Source: Macrostomum lignano (lineage: Eukaryota). Taken from it: DNA of 64,000 nucleotides. Each line of letters starts with the position of its first letter. The first letter of the stretch is position 1. The translations under genes were made by a program, and so were the position numbers. The notes below the pieces were generated by a model that saw only the letters and a program-made list of their open reading frames with translations, had not been told where the DNA came from and searched no databases. Location: NCBI GenBank assembly GCA_002269645.1, contig NIVC01001842.1, positions 124,001 to 188,000 of the forward strand, written 5' to 3'. Below, one piece after another: positions 1 through 12,405 of the stretch.

Positions 1-1543
1 ATAGACCAAATATGGGTTTTTGCAAGTTTCCAAAACCAAATCCAACTGTACAAAAAATTTTTGAATCTGAATCTGAATATTTGAATATGTTTCCAAATGT
101 AAGCAAAAAGTAAAAGGTAAATGACTGGAGTAACTATGACACTTTTAAGGAACAAATTGTTAGCAAACTCCTATCCCGGCTGATGAAATCCAATTTCCAG
201 CTTGTAGTGCACATTTTTCTGATGGGTACAACAGTATTATCTTAGCATTTATTTGCTTGCAGTTGTATCATTGGTATTAAGAAAAGATGTGCAGCTTGAA
301 AGCTATTGCTTACAAGTAGTATATAGTTTGCAAAGTAAAGAAATTAACAATTGATTAACAAGTTCTAAGCCAATTATCCTAGTCTTGACTTCTTTATATT
401 TTTATAGTTCTCTACAATTGTAAGTCTTAATTATTTAAATTTATTTCTTTTTAAACTGGTAAAACTAAGTAGACATGCTTATTTAATTAGCTTAGACTAC
501 TTGTAGAAAATCAGACAACTTTTGCAGCTTTGAAAACTTTAAATATTGTTTAAAACTAGATAAATTTTTATTTCACTTTTATAGGCCTAAAAGCAAAAAT
601 GCTAATTTTGCTATTGAAAAAAGTAGAGAAATGCATTTTTTGCAAGTGAGATTTCTAGTTATTCTAATATCTATGGGTGCACTTGAACCAATGAGCAATC
701 TTTGGCTCTCTTAGATGGGCTAGGTCTAATTAGCTAAGCTTGTCAATTGTATGCCCCCAAATTATCTCTAGCCTCTATATCTAAATTTGTTGTCATTAGG
801 TTATTATACACATTTGCATTGGTTAATTAATATTCAAAAGGGAATTGTTAGCCCAAATCTAAGACATTAGTGATTTGGGATAGGCCTATATTAGTAATAT
901 AGAGGCCTAGCTTATATAAATAAGTTCATAATGAGTACAAAAGGTATATTTTAAGTTTTGTTCTAATAATACATTCAACTAGGGGCTATGGCAAGATGAA
1001 ATTTCAAATTGCTTCCATATAACCCACCTGCTTTGCCTTGCACTTAACTAGTTTATTATATAGAATCACAAGACAATAAATAATGAATAGTTCTCTGATT
1101 CTTCTTTGATACAAATTAGCCTATTAGGCCTATAAATATAAATCTAAGGGAATTAGGCTAGGGATAGACTGATTGTCTCTAGATGCAACCTTTATGCTCA
1201 GTTACCAAAGTCAATCTATCTAGCAGAGTAATAGACTAGGTCCAAGAACCTATATAACTTTTGCCAACACATTTTCAGACACATCCTTTAACACTTTTTT
1301 ATAACACTCAAAATGTCATATGTTTCTATAAGTATAGGAAAAAGTATCAATACTGTTGGTAGATAGTGTTAGGGCTATATATCAATCTATATACTGTATA
1401 AGTACAACTAGGCCTACATGATATAATGGGATTGCAAGTTTCATAATTGCAAGTTGTAATTATATTTTGCTAGACCTTATTAATCTGTTGCTATATATAT
1501 AATGTACATGTAGGATAGTTTTTTCTTATAATATAAATCAGTG

Positions 1544-2256
1544 GGTTGACGTGGGTCGACGCCAACTGGAGAGATGGCTCAGTGTGCTTGGCTATGCTGA
1601 TGACCTTGCCCTGCTGTCCTCGACCGTCGAGGGCGCCCAATGACAGCTGGATAGGCTGGTTGCTGTTGCGGCAAGTGTCGGCCTGGTGGTCAACACACAG
1701 AAGAATGTCGTGCTATGTATGCCGGATGACACCAAGGCTGCAATCTTCTGCCAAGGCACTGACGGACAGGTGAGTGAGCTTCCAAGATGTCAGCAGTTTG
1801 TCTACCTTGGCAGTCTGGTTCCCCAACATCCGCGAGGATCTGTGGCGTCGCCAAGGACTTGCCTGGGCTGCCTTTTGTTCTATAAGGTCAGTCCTGCAGT
1901 CCAAGGCCCTACCGGACCGCCAGAGGGTGGCACTGTTCCAGGCAGTGATTGAGACTGTCATCGCGCCGGCCTGGCCTGTCCTAGCGATCTGCTGCACCGT
2001 CGGCGACTCCAGTTGGCAGGCCATGTCATCTGCACCGAGGCCTAGGGCCTACTGTCCAGAGCCAGTACTTACGTTGCAGGCACCCTACCGGTGGGGACAG
2101 ACAAGGACGAGGACTCGGCGCTACGTTGACTGTCTGCTGGCTGACACCAGTGCTCCGGACTCTGCTAGTGGTGTAGCCTTTGTTTGCGCCCAAGCTTCAA
2201 AGCGTGCCATCTGATGCTGCTTTTGCGAACTGACAGCGTACTCTGTTGTTGTTTAT
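1544..2256 (+). mobile_element. 5'-truncated, decayed non-LTR retrotransposon (RTE-like LINE), RT C-terminal part
   Basis: Translation from 1587 gives LGYADDLALLSSTVEGAQ*QLDRLVAVAASVGLVVNTQK (YADD motif, in-frame stop at 1641-1643), then FVYLGS and, after a frameshift, DLWRRQGLAWAAF..LQSKALPDRQRVALFQAVIETV, typical of the post-RT thumb. It ends in a short (TGT)n tail and is flanked by a perfect 12-bp direct repeat TATAAATCAGTG (1532-1543 and 2257-2268), read as the TSD. Confidence 0.85.
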
Positions 2257-3290
2257 TATAAATCAGTGAATCTTAAAAGATCCCTTCATCATGGGAGAAG
2301 AACTCTTTTCCAAATCACAAACTTACATGTATATGTAGGCCTAATGGTTCAATTTACTGTAGGCTATATTTATATTTATATGAATGAACATTAATTTGAA
2401 TGAATCTATTATATACATAATAGGCCTAATTTTTTATTTTGTAGGCCTATTAATTTGACTGCAATAACTTTAACATTGAACATGACTTTCATTGTTTCAT
2501 GTACAATTCATATTGTATCTAGTCAAAGTGTTGGAAGATATGTCTGAAAATGTGTCAGCAAAAGTTATAAAAGTGGTCTAAAATGAGCTTGTGCTTGCCT
2601 ACTAGGAGAAACAAGTTTATTCACAATATGTCTATCAATTTAGACCTGCTAGGCCCTATTCTATAAAAACCCTAGGTAGGCCTATCTTGCTCCTTGCACA
2701 AATTCTAGCCACCCTAAATGCTATACCATGATATTGCATATTTTAGCAAGGTTCAATGATGGACAAGGTGCCAGAAGCCTTTGCAGATAGGCTAGGCCTA
2801 GGCTAACCTGTCATTTTGGTAGTTGTGAGCTTGTTGTTCCGTGATGAGCAACTTCTCTGTTCACATTTAAGGCTTTGTATTGCTAGGCCATCAGAGAGAC
2901 CACTTTGAAACTCAGAAACTGCTTGAATTTGTTGAAGATTATAAGAGCCAAAGGTCCATTTTATTATTGGATTCAACCCACTTCGGCGAAGGAATTTTTG
3001 GCGAAAGTCAATAACGGCGAAAAAGACTATATACATAGAATAATATATATATCTAGATAATATATATATAGAAAATATCTGTGCTGAAGACGACGAAGAG
3101 AGTTTAAATGGCGAGTTTAAGGCTTTTAACAAATTAAAAAACAAACTGCATGACCAAAAAACAAACAGTAAAAATGAACGAATTTAGCAAATTAAATTGA
3201 TAAATAAAAAAAGTCGCTTGCGCTAAAAAGTTAAGTAAAATTAAATTCGTTCATTGTAATTATATATACGTTGGTGCATTCACTTCTATA

Positions 3291-3854
3291 CTGCAGCAAC
3301 AGTCAAAAGTTCCACCCTCCAAATTGCGAAAACTTCACACTCACAATTCAACCCTCAAGTTACGCAACTATAAAGCCGCCGCGAGGAAGGGAAAGTTGAT
3401 TGAATATCAATACTCGTAGTAAACGTCAGTCGCACAAATCATAAATTTTTTATGCAATATATTCAGTCGCACTCAGCCCAAGGATGAGGCGGCGCAGAAA
3501 GTCCTGGGGAAGCTGCTCCGAAGCGTTTTTAATGGCATGACGCAGAGCTCTCCGCAAAATTCATGGTGGATTCTATTTTCGAATGTTGCGTTTTAGGAAG
3601 TCCCCAGACATGCTCGATGGAATTCATGTCTGGGGACCGGGAAGGCCAGCGCAGAGTGCGCAGCTGTAGCTGTTCTTTCGGTTGACTGACAGCCGGCTTG
3701 GTGTGGCGGCGCGTTGTCCTCCTGGACCATTAAGCAGACCCAAGCCACCCCCAAGCGGCAATAATTAGCTTTGCGCGTGCCGTATGTTGCGTCACTCGCG
3801 ACAAGTGAAAAAATCATCTCGCTTAGTGGGGTGGAACTTTTGACTGTTGCTGAG
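3291..3854 (-). mobile_element. Internally deleted Tc1/mariner DNA transposon (~560 bp)
   Basis: Terminal inverted repeats CT(G)CAGCAACAGTCAAAAGTTCCACCC at 3291-3317 and 3828-3854, each flanked by TA. Minus-strand transposase remnants QEDNAPPH (3701-3724) and SPDMNSIEHVWG (3601-3636) match the Tc1 QQDNAPxH and SPDLNPIExxW motifs. Confidence 0.85.
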
Positions 3855-4475
3855 TATAATTCAAAAAGCTCTCAGTTTGCTATGCTTGCGCTGGAATCGT
3901 CGCAAACTGTCCTTGTGCAATCAGCTGAGCCGTCTGGGGCTCTGCTAGTGACGGCACCTAGCTGATTGAGCGCCTAGGGCCAACAGTAGTAAAAAGTTCC
4001 ACCTGTACAAATCACGCGTAGTTAGAGAGAAAACCGTTTTCTGGATATATTGCTGATGTAAAACTACTGTTCGATATTTTCAATGCTGCCATCCACCCCA
4101 TCCGGTTACAGTTGATGGCATATGTTGACAAGCGATCTTCTCACACAGGTATACGCTGCATGTACTGTAAATCTCTAGGGTGTATTCATGCAGTTGCAAA
4201 GTGCAGAGTTCTACATGTATTATACTCTCGTACACATTAGTAAAGCAATTTTTTATGAGCAAAGAGTGATTTAAAGCTCATTCGAACTTTGGCCTCATTT
4301 GATGACGGTGTGAACGACGAGCCTTTGGTGCTGTTGCGAAAGTGTTTGATTAATTTGTGTTCAATCAAATACTTGAATTTGCGGATTATTTGTGGAGCCA
4401 CCCCTAATCCTTTGATTGTACTTTGTACAAGTATATGTACCAGCGTGCATTCGATAGATAGACAGATAAACACTA

Positions 4476-4748
<273 letters not shown>

Positions 4749-4816
4749 CTAAGACACTAAGACAGACACACTGACTTGACCATAGCTTTAATTTTATTTG
4801 TCCTGTTTTATCCACT

Positions 4817-7010
4817 GATCTCAATCTGGCCGAGTGGCAGACGGAGTTTTGCAAGCTGGATCTCCCGCCCGGTCGGTTGGTTTTTATCCTTGATGGAATT
4901 TCTAGCGGCTTTCGTATCACTAATCGTCGGATGCGTGGCGACGAGCTGGTTGAGGTGGCAAACTACCATGTACTCCTCGGTTTCTATGCACCAAGAGTGG
5001 GTCGCGCGTCAGATTGCTAATGAGCTTCGTCTCGGTCGTTTTCGTCTCTACGCTGCTGGTGACAAACCTCGCATTGTCAGCGTCCCTGGTGCGTTGCGGA
5101 AGTCCAACGGTGGTGTTCGCTTAATCCATGACTGCAGCCGGCCGCAAGGGAAGTCTGTCAATTCCGCTAACGAGAGCGAGCAGAGACTGTGTTTCACCTG
5201 TGTCCAGAACTTCGCTAAGAGGCTTAAGAAGAATTACTTTATGTGCAAAATCGATCTCAGCGAAGCTTATCGCTCATGCGGGATCCATCCTGACGACCAC
5301 CTACCAGTTTACCGGTTTGAAGTTTCGGTTAGGTGGTGCTGCTCGCGACACCTACATGGTGGACACGCGCCTGCCATTTGGTGCGGCTGCTTCCGTCAGA
5401 GAGGTCATCTCAGCAAGGCGGTCAGGCTGATGATGGTGCACCGCGGCTTCGTCAATACCGAGGCCTATCTGGACGATTTTGCCTTTTGCGGCTCGTAAGA
5501 CGAGTGCGAAGCCTTCTTCAATGTGTTGACATCATCGCTGATGGCCAAGCTGGGGTTCACTGTGAACTGGGCGAAGTGTCAGCGGCCTTCGAAGATGATG
5601 ACGTTCCTCGGTGTGGAGCTCGACACCGTCAAGGGCCTGAAGCGGCTTTCAAACGAAAAAGTGGAGAAGCTTTTAGAGCAGCTGGACGAGATTGCTGCCA
5701 AGGATCGCATCAGCAAGCAAGGTTTACAGCAGATCATCGGCAGGCTGGTGTGGGCTTCGCTGGTGATCGAATGTGGTCGGCCCTTCTATCAGTACCTGAG
5801 TTCGCGCTCTAACAGCTTGACCGTTGGTCAGCAAGATGAGGTATATGCGGCCCTGCGTAGCCAGCTGCGCTGGTGGAAGTCTGCTCTGTTGGCCCAGAGG
5901 TGGAAGACTTTCTGGTTCAATGGCGATTTCGATGCTGCGATTGAGTCGGACGCCTGCCTGGTGGGCGGTGCAGCCGTGTTGCGGTTGTCGGGTGGCGTGA
6001 GTGACTGGGCACTACGTTACTGGGACCTCGACGCGAATGCTTTTTTTGGGACCTGCCAATCAATTACAAGGAGGCCGTTGCGCCTCTAATGGCGTTGCTT
6101 TCGTGGCGGGACCGCCTGCGCAACTGTCGGCTGTGCATCTACTGCGATAATATGGCAGCGGTGCCCTCTGGTGATGATGCTGTTGCAGACGGTGGGGCTG
6201 CTTTGCATTCGTCAGAACATTCAGCTGTGTGCTTACCACGTGCCAGGGCCGTTTCAAATTTTTGCTGACGCCGCTTCTCGGCTGCATGAGGGCAGTCAGT
6301 TGTTGAATTTTTTGCTGCGCTATCACGGTTCTCTGATGCGTCCCCTCAGCCGCAGAGCCCGTGAACTACTCGGTTCCTCCTACGCGGCCCGCTCGAAAAG
6401 CGCCATCAGCTCACACGTGCGGTCCTGGCGCGCGTACTGGTCAGCCAAGGGACTCGACCCTGCCGGGTGCACTGTGTCCGCGCTGCTAAACTACCTGGCT
6501 GGCATCACGGGCACGCGTCTGCGAGCCTACAGTAGCATTCGTGGTCACGTCAGCTCGCTTTCAACTGTGGTTTCGGCAGAACGGCGCACAGGATCTGAAA
6601 AAGCACACCAGCATCTGCTGTGGGGCTGCATGCGAGCGCTGGGGCTTCAGGTTAACCAGAAGCTACTGATGTCTCCGTCTGTGCTGCAAAATCTGTGGTC
6701 TATGGTTGACGAGGGCGACAATCGGCAACTGGCCTGCTGGGCGGCCACCATCACGGCCTGGTGGGGAATGCTGCGAAAATCGTCACTCCTTCGGTCCCAA
6801 CCTCAGTTGGGTAGTGGGATGAGGGTGCAAGATCTGGCATCTCATCGTGCGGCCTCATCTTGAGCTTGGATTTTGGCAAGACTATCCAGTTCCGGGATCG
6901 GGTGCACCGTGTCCTGCTGCCGAAGTTCCGCGCCTGCCCCGCGCTCTGCCCGGTGGAGGCGATTCGCCGACACCTGTGCGTCAACAAGCCGCCCTTCTTC
7001 CGCCCTAAGT
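4817..7010 (+). mobile_element. Decayed tyrosine-recombinase retrotransposon (DIRS order, Ngaro-like): RT, RNase H and truncated YR
   Basis: RT motifs KIDLSEAYR, LPFG and YLDD (stop at 5496-5498, several frameshifts). RNase H motifs ESDAC, KEAVAP, YCDNMAAV and HVPG...ADAASR. Downstream, same strand, YR motifs AYSSIRGHVSSL, AWWGMLRKS, FGKTIQ and CPVEAIRRHL. No methyltransferase domain lies between RNase H and YR. The YR catalytic HxxR/Tyr end and gag are not visible. Confidence 0.85.
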
Positions 7011-7500
7011 GCTCATTTTTGACGGTGGTATTCCCGCTGGTTTGTTTTTTCCCCTGTGCCTAACTGCTGGTATTAGTCCTGTTGTGTTTGGCTTTGGAGG
7101 CCCTTTTCGATTCTGTGACAAATGCCAGCCTTTGTAGCTGGAAGCACTAAATGCTTGATCGAGCGATTGCTGAACTGTGTTTGCCGTCTTGATCAGGCTT
7201 ACTACTAATGCTTCTGTGTTTATCAACGGCAAATATATTGTAACAAAAAATTCAGACGGGAGTTCATGTATGCAGCCATGCAGAGTATATATTTGATATT
7301 TGAGGGAATGGCCAGTTTCCCAGCAGTCAGGTTTAGCCGAATTGACATAATTAAAATTGGCTGAAAATCATTTACAGCTGCTCTATAGTTTGCTTTTGCC
7401 AGTTAGGTTGATATTTTGTTACCAGGCAATGTGGATCATTTTAGTGATGGCTCTGGGGATTCGGTGTCCATGCAGCTCGAGCTTACAACAGTTTCATATT

Positions 7501-8253
7501 TCAGTTGAATGGCGACACGCACTCGCACAGCCCCGATGTTATCTCGGCATTGGCCTCATAGATATCAACCAGCATTTTCGCCCCTAGATAGCGGGCCACA
7601 ACATTCTCCTTGTCACCTGAATCAGTGGGCTCTCCTTCCGCCCACAGGCTGCCGTTTAGGGTGATGTTGCAGCCGACCCAGTGCCAGCCTCCGTCGGGCT
7701 CAGCGCTCCCAGCAGGCTGCAAACCTCCGAGATAGAAGCCCTTTCCTGAGCTGCGCAAATCGTAAATCTCGTCCACGTGGCTCATCTCGGTGGCGTCTTC
7801 CACGTCGGCCATGATCACCAGACCGCTCTCCGACTCGCACTTCTGTCTGCTCACCGACCAGTTTCCGGTGTTGTTGTACAGCTTGTACTTCACTCCGCAC
7901 AGGTCGTCTCCGTAGCCAGACGGACACAGCGCGCCCGCCTCGAGTCCTGGCTGCTGCTTCACAAACACCCGGCCTCTCCTGGAGCAGCCGAAGTCCCTCA
8001 CCGACTTGCTGCACTTGTCGAACACGAACAGCTGGCACGGACCGTCAGCCAGGCTGAACGCCTGACAGCGCGGGTTTCGGTTGCACAGAGTGGCGCACCC
8101 GATCTCAGAGTGCGAGCCACCTGGAGTCTCAATGAAGTCGCTCCTGATGCACAGGTAGCCGGTGATCAAGTTGTAGGCGTCCTGCATCGCAGCTGGAGCT
8201 TGCAGAGCCAGCAGGACCAGGGCGACTCTCGCTTGGAGTCCGAGCGTCTTCAT
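7501..8253 (-). CDS. Secreted PAN/apple + C-type lectin domain protein (250 aa, intronless CDS)
   Basis: ATG at 8253 starts a signal peptide (MKTLGLQARVALVLLALQAPAA). This is followed by a PAN-like segment (IGCATLCNRNPRCQAFSLADGPCQLF) and a CTLD (WSVSRQKCES, FYLGG, GWHW, LWAEGEP). Confidence 0.85.
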   Translation of the reverse strand: MKTLGLQARVALVLLALQAPAAMQDAYNLITGYLCIRSDFIETPGGSHSEIGCATLCNRNPRCQAFSLADGPCQLFVFDKCSKSVRDFGCSRRGRVFVKQQPGLEAGALCPSGYGDDLCGVKYKLYNNTGNWSVSRQKCESESGLVIMADVEDATEMSHVDEIYDLRSSGKGFYLGGLQPAGSAEPDGGWHWVGCNITLNGSLWAEGEPTDSGDKENVVARYLGAKMLVDIYEANAEITSGLCECVSPFN

Positions 8254-9049
8254 TGCTAGCTGGGCACCAGAGAGATTCAGATGAGCTGAGCTGAGTTGCA
8301 CTGACGTGTTCGAGAGATAGCGGACTGGGGTAAAATTGAGGCCAGTGCTGCATCAGGGATGCTTTTATGCTGCTTGGCCCGCTGGCTGCGTGAGCTGTCA
8401 TTGGTTGGGACACAGCATACTGGAGCAGGGTTTGGTTTTATTGTATTTAAATTTGAGGAGGCGACATCCGAATGGTGAGCTTCTATCTCTGTGTAGAAAG
8501 CGAGATGGGGGCTCGTGATTGGCCAGGGCCGTCCTGAGCCCTCACTCTTCCTCAGTTAAGCCTTAACCGTTGAGCTAGGATCTCTTCAATGGACCCCATC
8601 ACGGCCACTGTTCAACAAAGCTATTAAACAATAGCTCATATTTAAAAGTGCGTGGTACGCTCGTACTTACCTCCTACAATCGAAGCTTGTTGAAAGTTCC
8701 CACTTTTAAACCTGGTAATGGTCAACTTTTCTCAGATCTCAGCCAGAAATGACGCAATTCACACCGCGTCTTGAGGTTGTCATCTGAGCCGTGGGTGATG
8801 CAAATTGCGTCAAATGGCCCTAGCTAGCTTAGCTGAGGCCGTGGCTAGATAAAGTATAATTGAATCAGTGACAGATAAGTGAAAGTGCAAAGAAAAATCC
8901 ATGGAAACTTTCCTTAAGAGTCTTTGAAACAAACACCTGGTGCCCAGCTGGATGATACAACAAATTCAAAAAGGAGCTTGCTGAACTGTGCACAGCCACA
9001 GAGCTATCGTGGAAGGTCTGAATGCTGTTTTGAATATATACAAGAGCGA

Positions 9050-11360
9050 GACACCTGGTCACTGCACAAGTGCAAGACACCTGGTCACTGCACCAAAGCA
9101 AGACACCTGGTCACTGCACCAAAGCAAGACACCTGGTCACTGCACCAAAGCAAGACACCTGGTCACTGCACCAAAGCAAGACACCTGGTCACTGCACCAA
9201 AGCAAGACACCTGGTCACTGCACCAAAGCAAGACACCTGGTCACTGCACCAAAGCAAGACACCTGGTCACTGCACCAAAGCAAGACACCTGGTCACTGCA
9301 CCAAAGCAAGACACCTGGTCACTGCACCAAAGCAAGACACCTGGTCACTGCACCAAAGCAAGACACCTGGTCACTGCACCAAAGCAAGACACCTGGTCAC
9401 TGCACCAAAGCAAGACACCTGGTCACTGCACCAAAGCAAGACACCTGGTCACTGCACCAAAGCAAGACACCTGGTCACTGCACCAAAGCAAGACACCTGG
9501 TCACTGCACCAAAGCAAGACACCTGGTCACTGCACCAAAGCAAGACACCTGGTCACTGCACCAAAGCAAGACACCTGGTCACTGCACCAGTGCAAGACAC
9601 CTGGTCACTGCACCAGTGCAAGACACCTGATCACTGCACCAAAGCAAGACACCTGATCACTGCACCAAAGCAAGACACCTGGTCACTGCACCAAAGCAAG
9701 ACACCTGGTCACTGCACCAAAGCAAGACACCTGGTCACTGCACCAAAGCAAGACACCTGGTCACTGCACCAAAGCAAGACACCTGGTCACTGCACCAAAG
9801 CAAGACACCTGGTCACTGCACCAAAGCAAGACACCTGGTCACTGCACCAAAGCAAGACACCTGGTCACTGCACCAAAGCAAGACACCTGGTCACTGCACC
9901 AAAGCAAGACACCTGGTCACTGCACCAAAGCAAGACACCTGGTCACTGCACCAAAGCAAGACACCTGGTCACTGCACCAAAGCAAGACACCTGGTCACTG
10001 CACCAAAGCAAGACACCTGGTCACTGCACCAAAGCAAGACACCTGGTCACTGCACCAGTGCAAGACACCTGGTCACTGCACCAGTGCAAGACACCTGATC
10101 ACTGCACCAAAGCAAGACACCTGATCACTGCACCAAAGCAAGACACCTGGTCACTGCACCAAAGCAAGACACCTGGTCACTGCACCAAAGCAAGACACCT
10201 GGTCACTGCACCAAAGCAAGACACCTGGTCACTGCACCAAAGCAAGACACCTGGTCACTGCACCAAAGCAAGACACCTGGTCACTGCACCAAAGCAAGAC
10301 ACCTGGTCACTGCACCAAAGCAAGACACCTGGTCACTGCACCAAAGCAAGACACCTGGTCACTGCACCAAAGCAAGACACCTGGTCACTGCACCAAAGCA
10401 AGACACCTGGTCACTGCACCAAAGCAAGACACCTGGTCACTGCACCAAAGCAAGACACCTGGTCACTGCACCAAAGCAAGACACCTGGTCACTGCACCAA
10501 AGCAAGACACCTGGTCACTGCACCAAAGCAAGACACCTGGTCACTGCACCAAAGCAAGACACCTGGTCACTGCACCAAAGCAAGACACCTGGTCACTGCA
10601 CCAAAGCAAGACACCTGGTCACTGCACCAAAGCAAGACACCTGGTCACTGCACCAAAGCAAGACACCTGGTCACTGCACCAAAGCAAGACACCTGGTCAC
10701 TGCACCAGTGCAAGACACCTGGTCACTGCACCAGTGCAAGACACCTGATCACTGCACCAAAGCAAGACACCTGATCACTGCACCAAAGCAAGACACCTGG
10801 TCACTGCACCAAAGCAAGACACCTGGTCACTGCACCAAAGCAAGACACCTGGTCACTGCACCAAAGCAAGACACCTGGTCACTGCACCAAAGCAAGACAC
10901 CTGGTCACTGCACCAAAGCAAGACACCTGGTCACTGCACCAAAGCAAGACACCTGGTCACTGCACCAAAGCAAGACACCTGGTCACTGCACCAAAGCAAG
11001 ACACCTGGTCACTGCACCAAAGCAAGACACCTGGTCACTGCACCAAAGCAAGACACCTGGTCACTGCACCAAAGCAAGACACCTGGTCACTGCACCAAAG
11101 CAAGACACCTGGTCACTGCACCAAAGCAAGACACCTGGTCACTGCACCAAAGCAAGACACCTGGTCACTGCACCAGTGCAAGACACCTGGTCACTGCACC
11201 AGTGCAAGACACCTGATCACTGCACCAAAGCAAGACACCTGGTCACTGCACCAAAGCAAGACACCTGGTCACTGCACCAAAGCAAGACACCTGGTCACTG
11301 CAACAAAGCAAAACCTGTTCAATGCACCAAAGCAAGACACCTGGTCACTGCACCAAAGCA
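9050..11360. repeat. 26-bp tandem satellite (GACACCTGGTCACTGCACCAAAGCAA), about 89 copies
   Basis: Period 26 read directly. The 26-aa repeat ORFs equal three units. No spacers. Confidence 0.97.
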
Positions 11361-11879
11361 AAACGCGTAAGCAACAATCTGAAAATCACTGCAAGTTTCC
11401 ACCACAATGTCAAAGTTTTTCTTATTCGAGAGCTGCAACTTGGATAAATTTTTATTCGGATTTTCTGACGGTTTTCTATAGCTCACGTATATCTTAGTTT
11501 GTTTAACTGGATTGTTTCCAAGAAATTCTATACATATTTGAACATGCGATTTGTAAGCTTTTCTCTGCAGCCTTGAACGCAGAATCAGCCTGCATACAAC
11601 ATTGTTTTTATCCAGCCCCACGCATAGTCAGTAGATAACAATATATATGTTTGTAAATTAATAGTCGTTAATAGTTCAATAATAGTAATAGTAATAGTTT
11701 ATAGTAAGTTTATATTTAATAGACTAGCAAGAAAACAGGTTAACCAATTGTTACGGGCTAATGTCTGGGTTTGTCTACTGATAAGTAGAAAGTATGGAGT
11801 ATGGCGTGAAAATCTTGGTTAGCGGGCAAGAAATTCCGTCATGCGACAGGGCAGAACGTAAGTAAAGGTTCTGTTGGGA

Positions 11880-12062
11880 GCACGAGACTTTCTCGCAGGA
11901 AGGATTCCCACAGGAGAGATTCCCTTAGGAGGGATTCCAGCAGGAGGGTTTCCCGCAGTAGGGTTTCCCGCAGGAAGGATTCCTGCAGGAGGGCTTCCCA
12001 CAGGAGTGTTTCCCGCAAGAGGAATTCCCATAGGAGGGATTCCCGCAGGAGGGTTTCCCACA
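11880..12062. repeat. Degenerate GC-rich minisatellite (GGGATTCCCGCAGGA-like)
   Basis: Repeated imperfect 15-30 bp units downstream of the ENaC stop codon. Confidence 0.7.
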
Positions 12063-12256
12063 GAAACATCTTTTGTTTCCTTGCTACGCTCGACTTTCGC
12101 ATCGATGCTTTGCATTTATCAGAATAAATATCTTAGTAAATGTAACTATTGCAAATACAAGCAAAATTGCAAATGAGTAGATCAATAATAATATTAAAAT
12201 CAATGGTCATGCAGTCACCACTAGGCTGATGCCGTAAAATCGCTTAACTCTTGCTG

Positions 12257-12405
12257 CTAAGCGCTCGTCTGCTCCGCTCTCCTATCAAACTGCTGCATCT
12301 GTCTCACCCGCAGCCGGTGATGAAGCGCCACTAGGAGGCTGGACAGCAGTTCAATGAGCTCGCACACGGTCAGAACTGAGACTCCGGACCATAGACCCAA
12401 GGCTC
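12257..12405 (-). CDS. DEG/ENaC exon 7 (TM2 and C-terminus)
   Basis: Acceptor CCGCAG at 12406-12411, then GALGLWSGVSVLTVCELIELLSSLLV...TSA* with TAG at 12257-12259. The ORF track misses it (<60 aa). Confidence 0.9.

Noticed and set aside
7700-8259. Overlapping alternative-frame and antisense ORFs over GC-rich exons (e.g. 7700-8038, 7777-8259, 15877-16368, 42338-42815, 61687-62242)
   Set aside because: These are shadows of real GC-rich coding exons with no independent motifs.
9050-11360. CRISPR-like look of the 26-bp array (also the 20-bp and 20/24-bp arrays)
   Set aside because: Units are head-to-tail with no unique spacers, there are no cas genes, and the context is a spliced eukaryotic genome.
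8924-11370. 616-aa and other long repeat ORFs (also 4237-4920, 13578-14556, 14809-15381, 25434-26575, 41050-41620, 53320-53978, 57478-58421, 59012-59877, 60511-61440)
   Set aside because: They are translations of tandem repeats that happen to lack stops, and they show no domain signatures.
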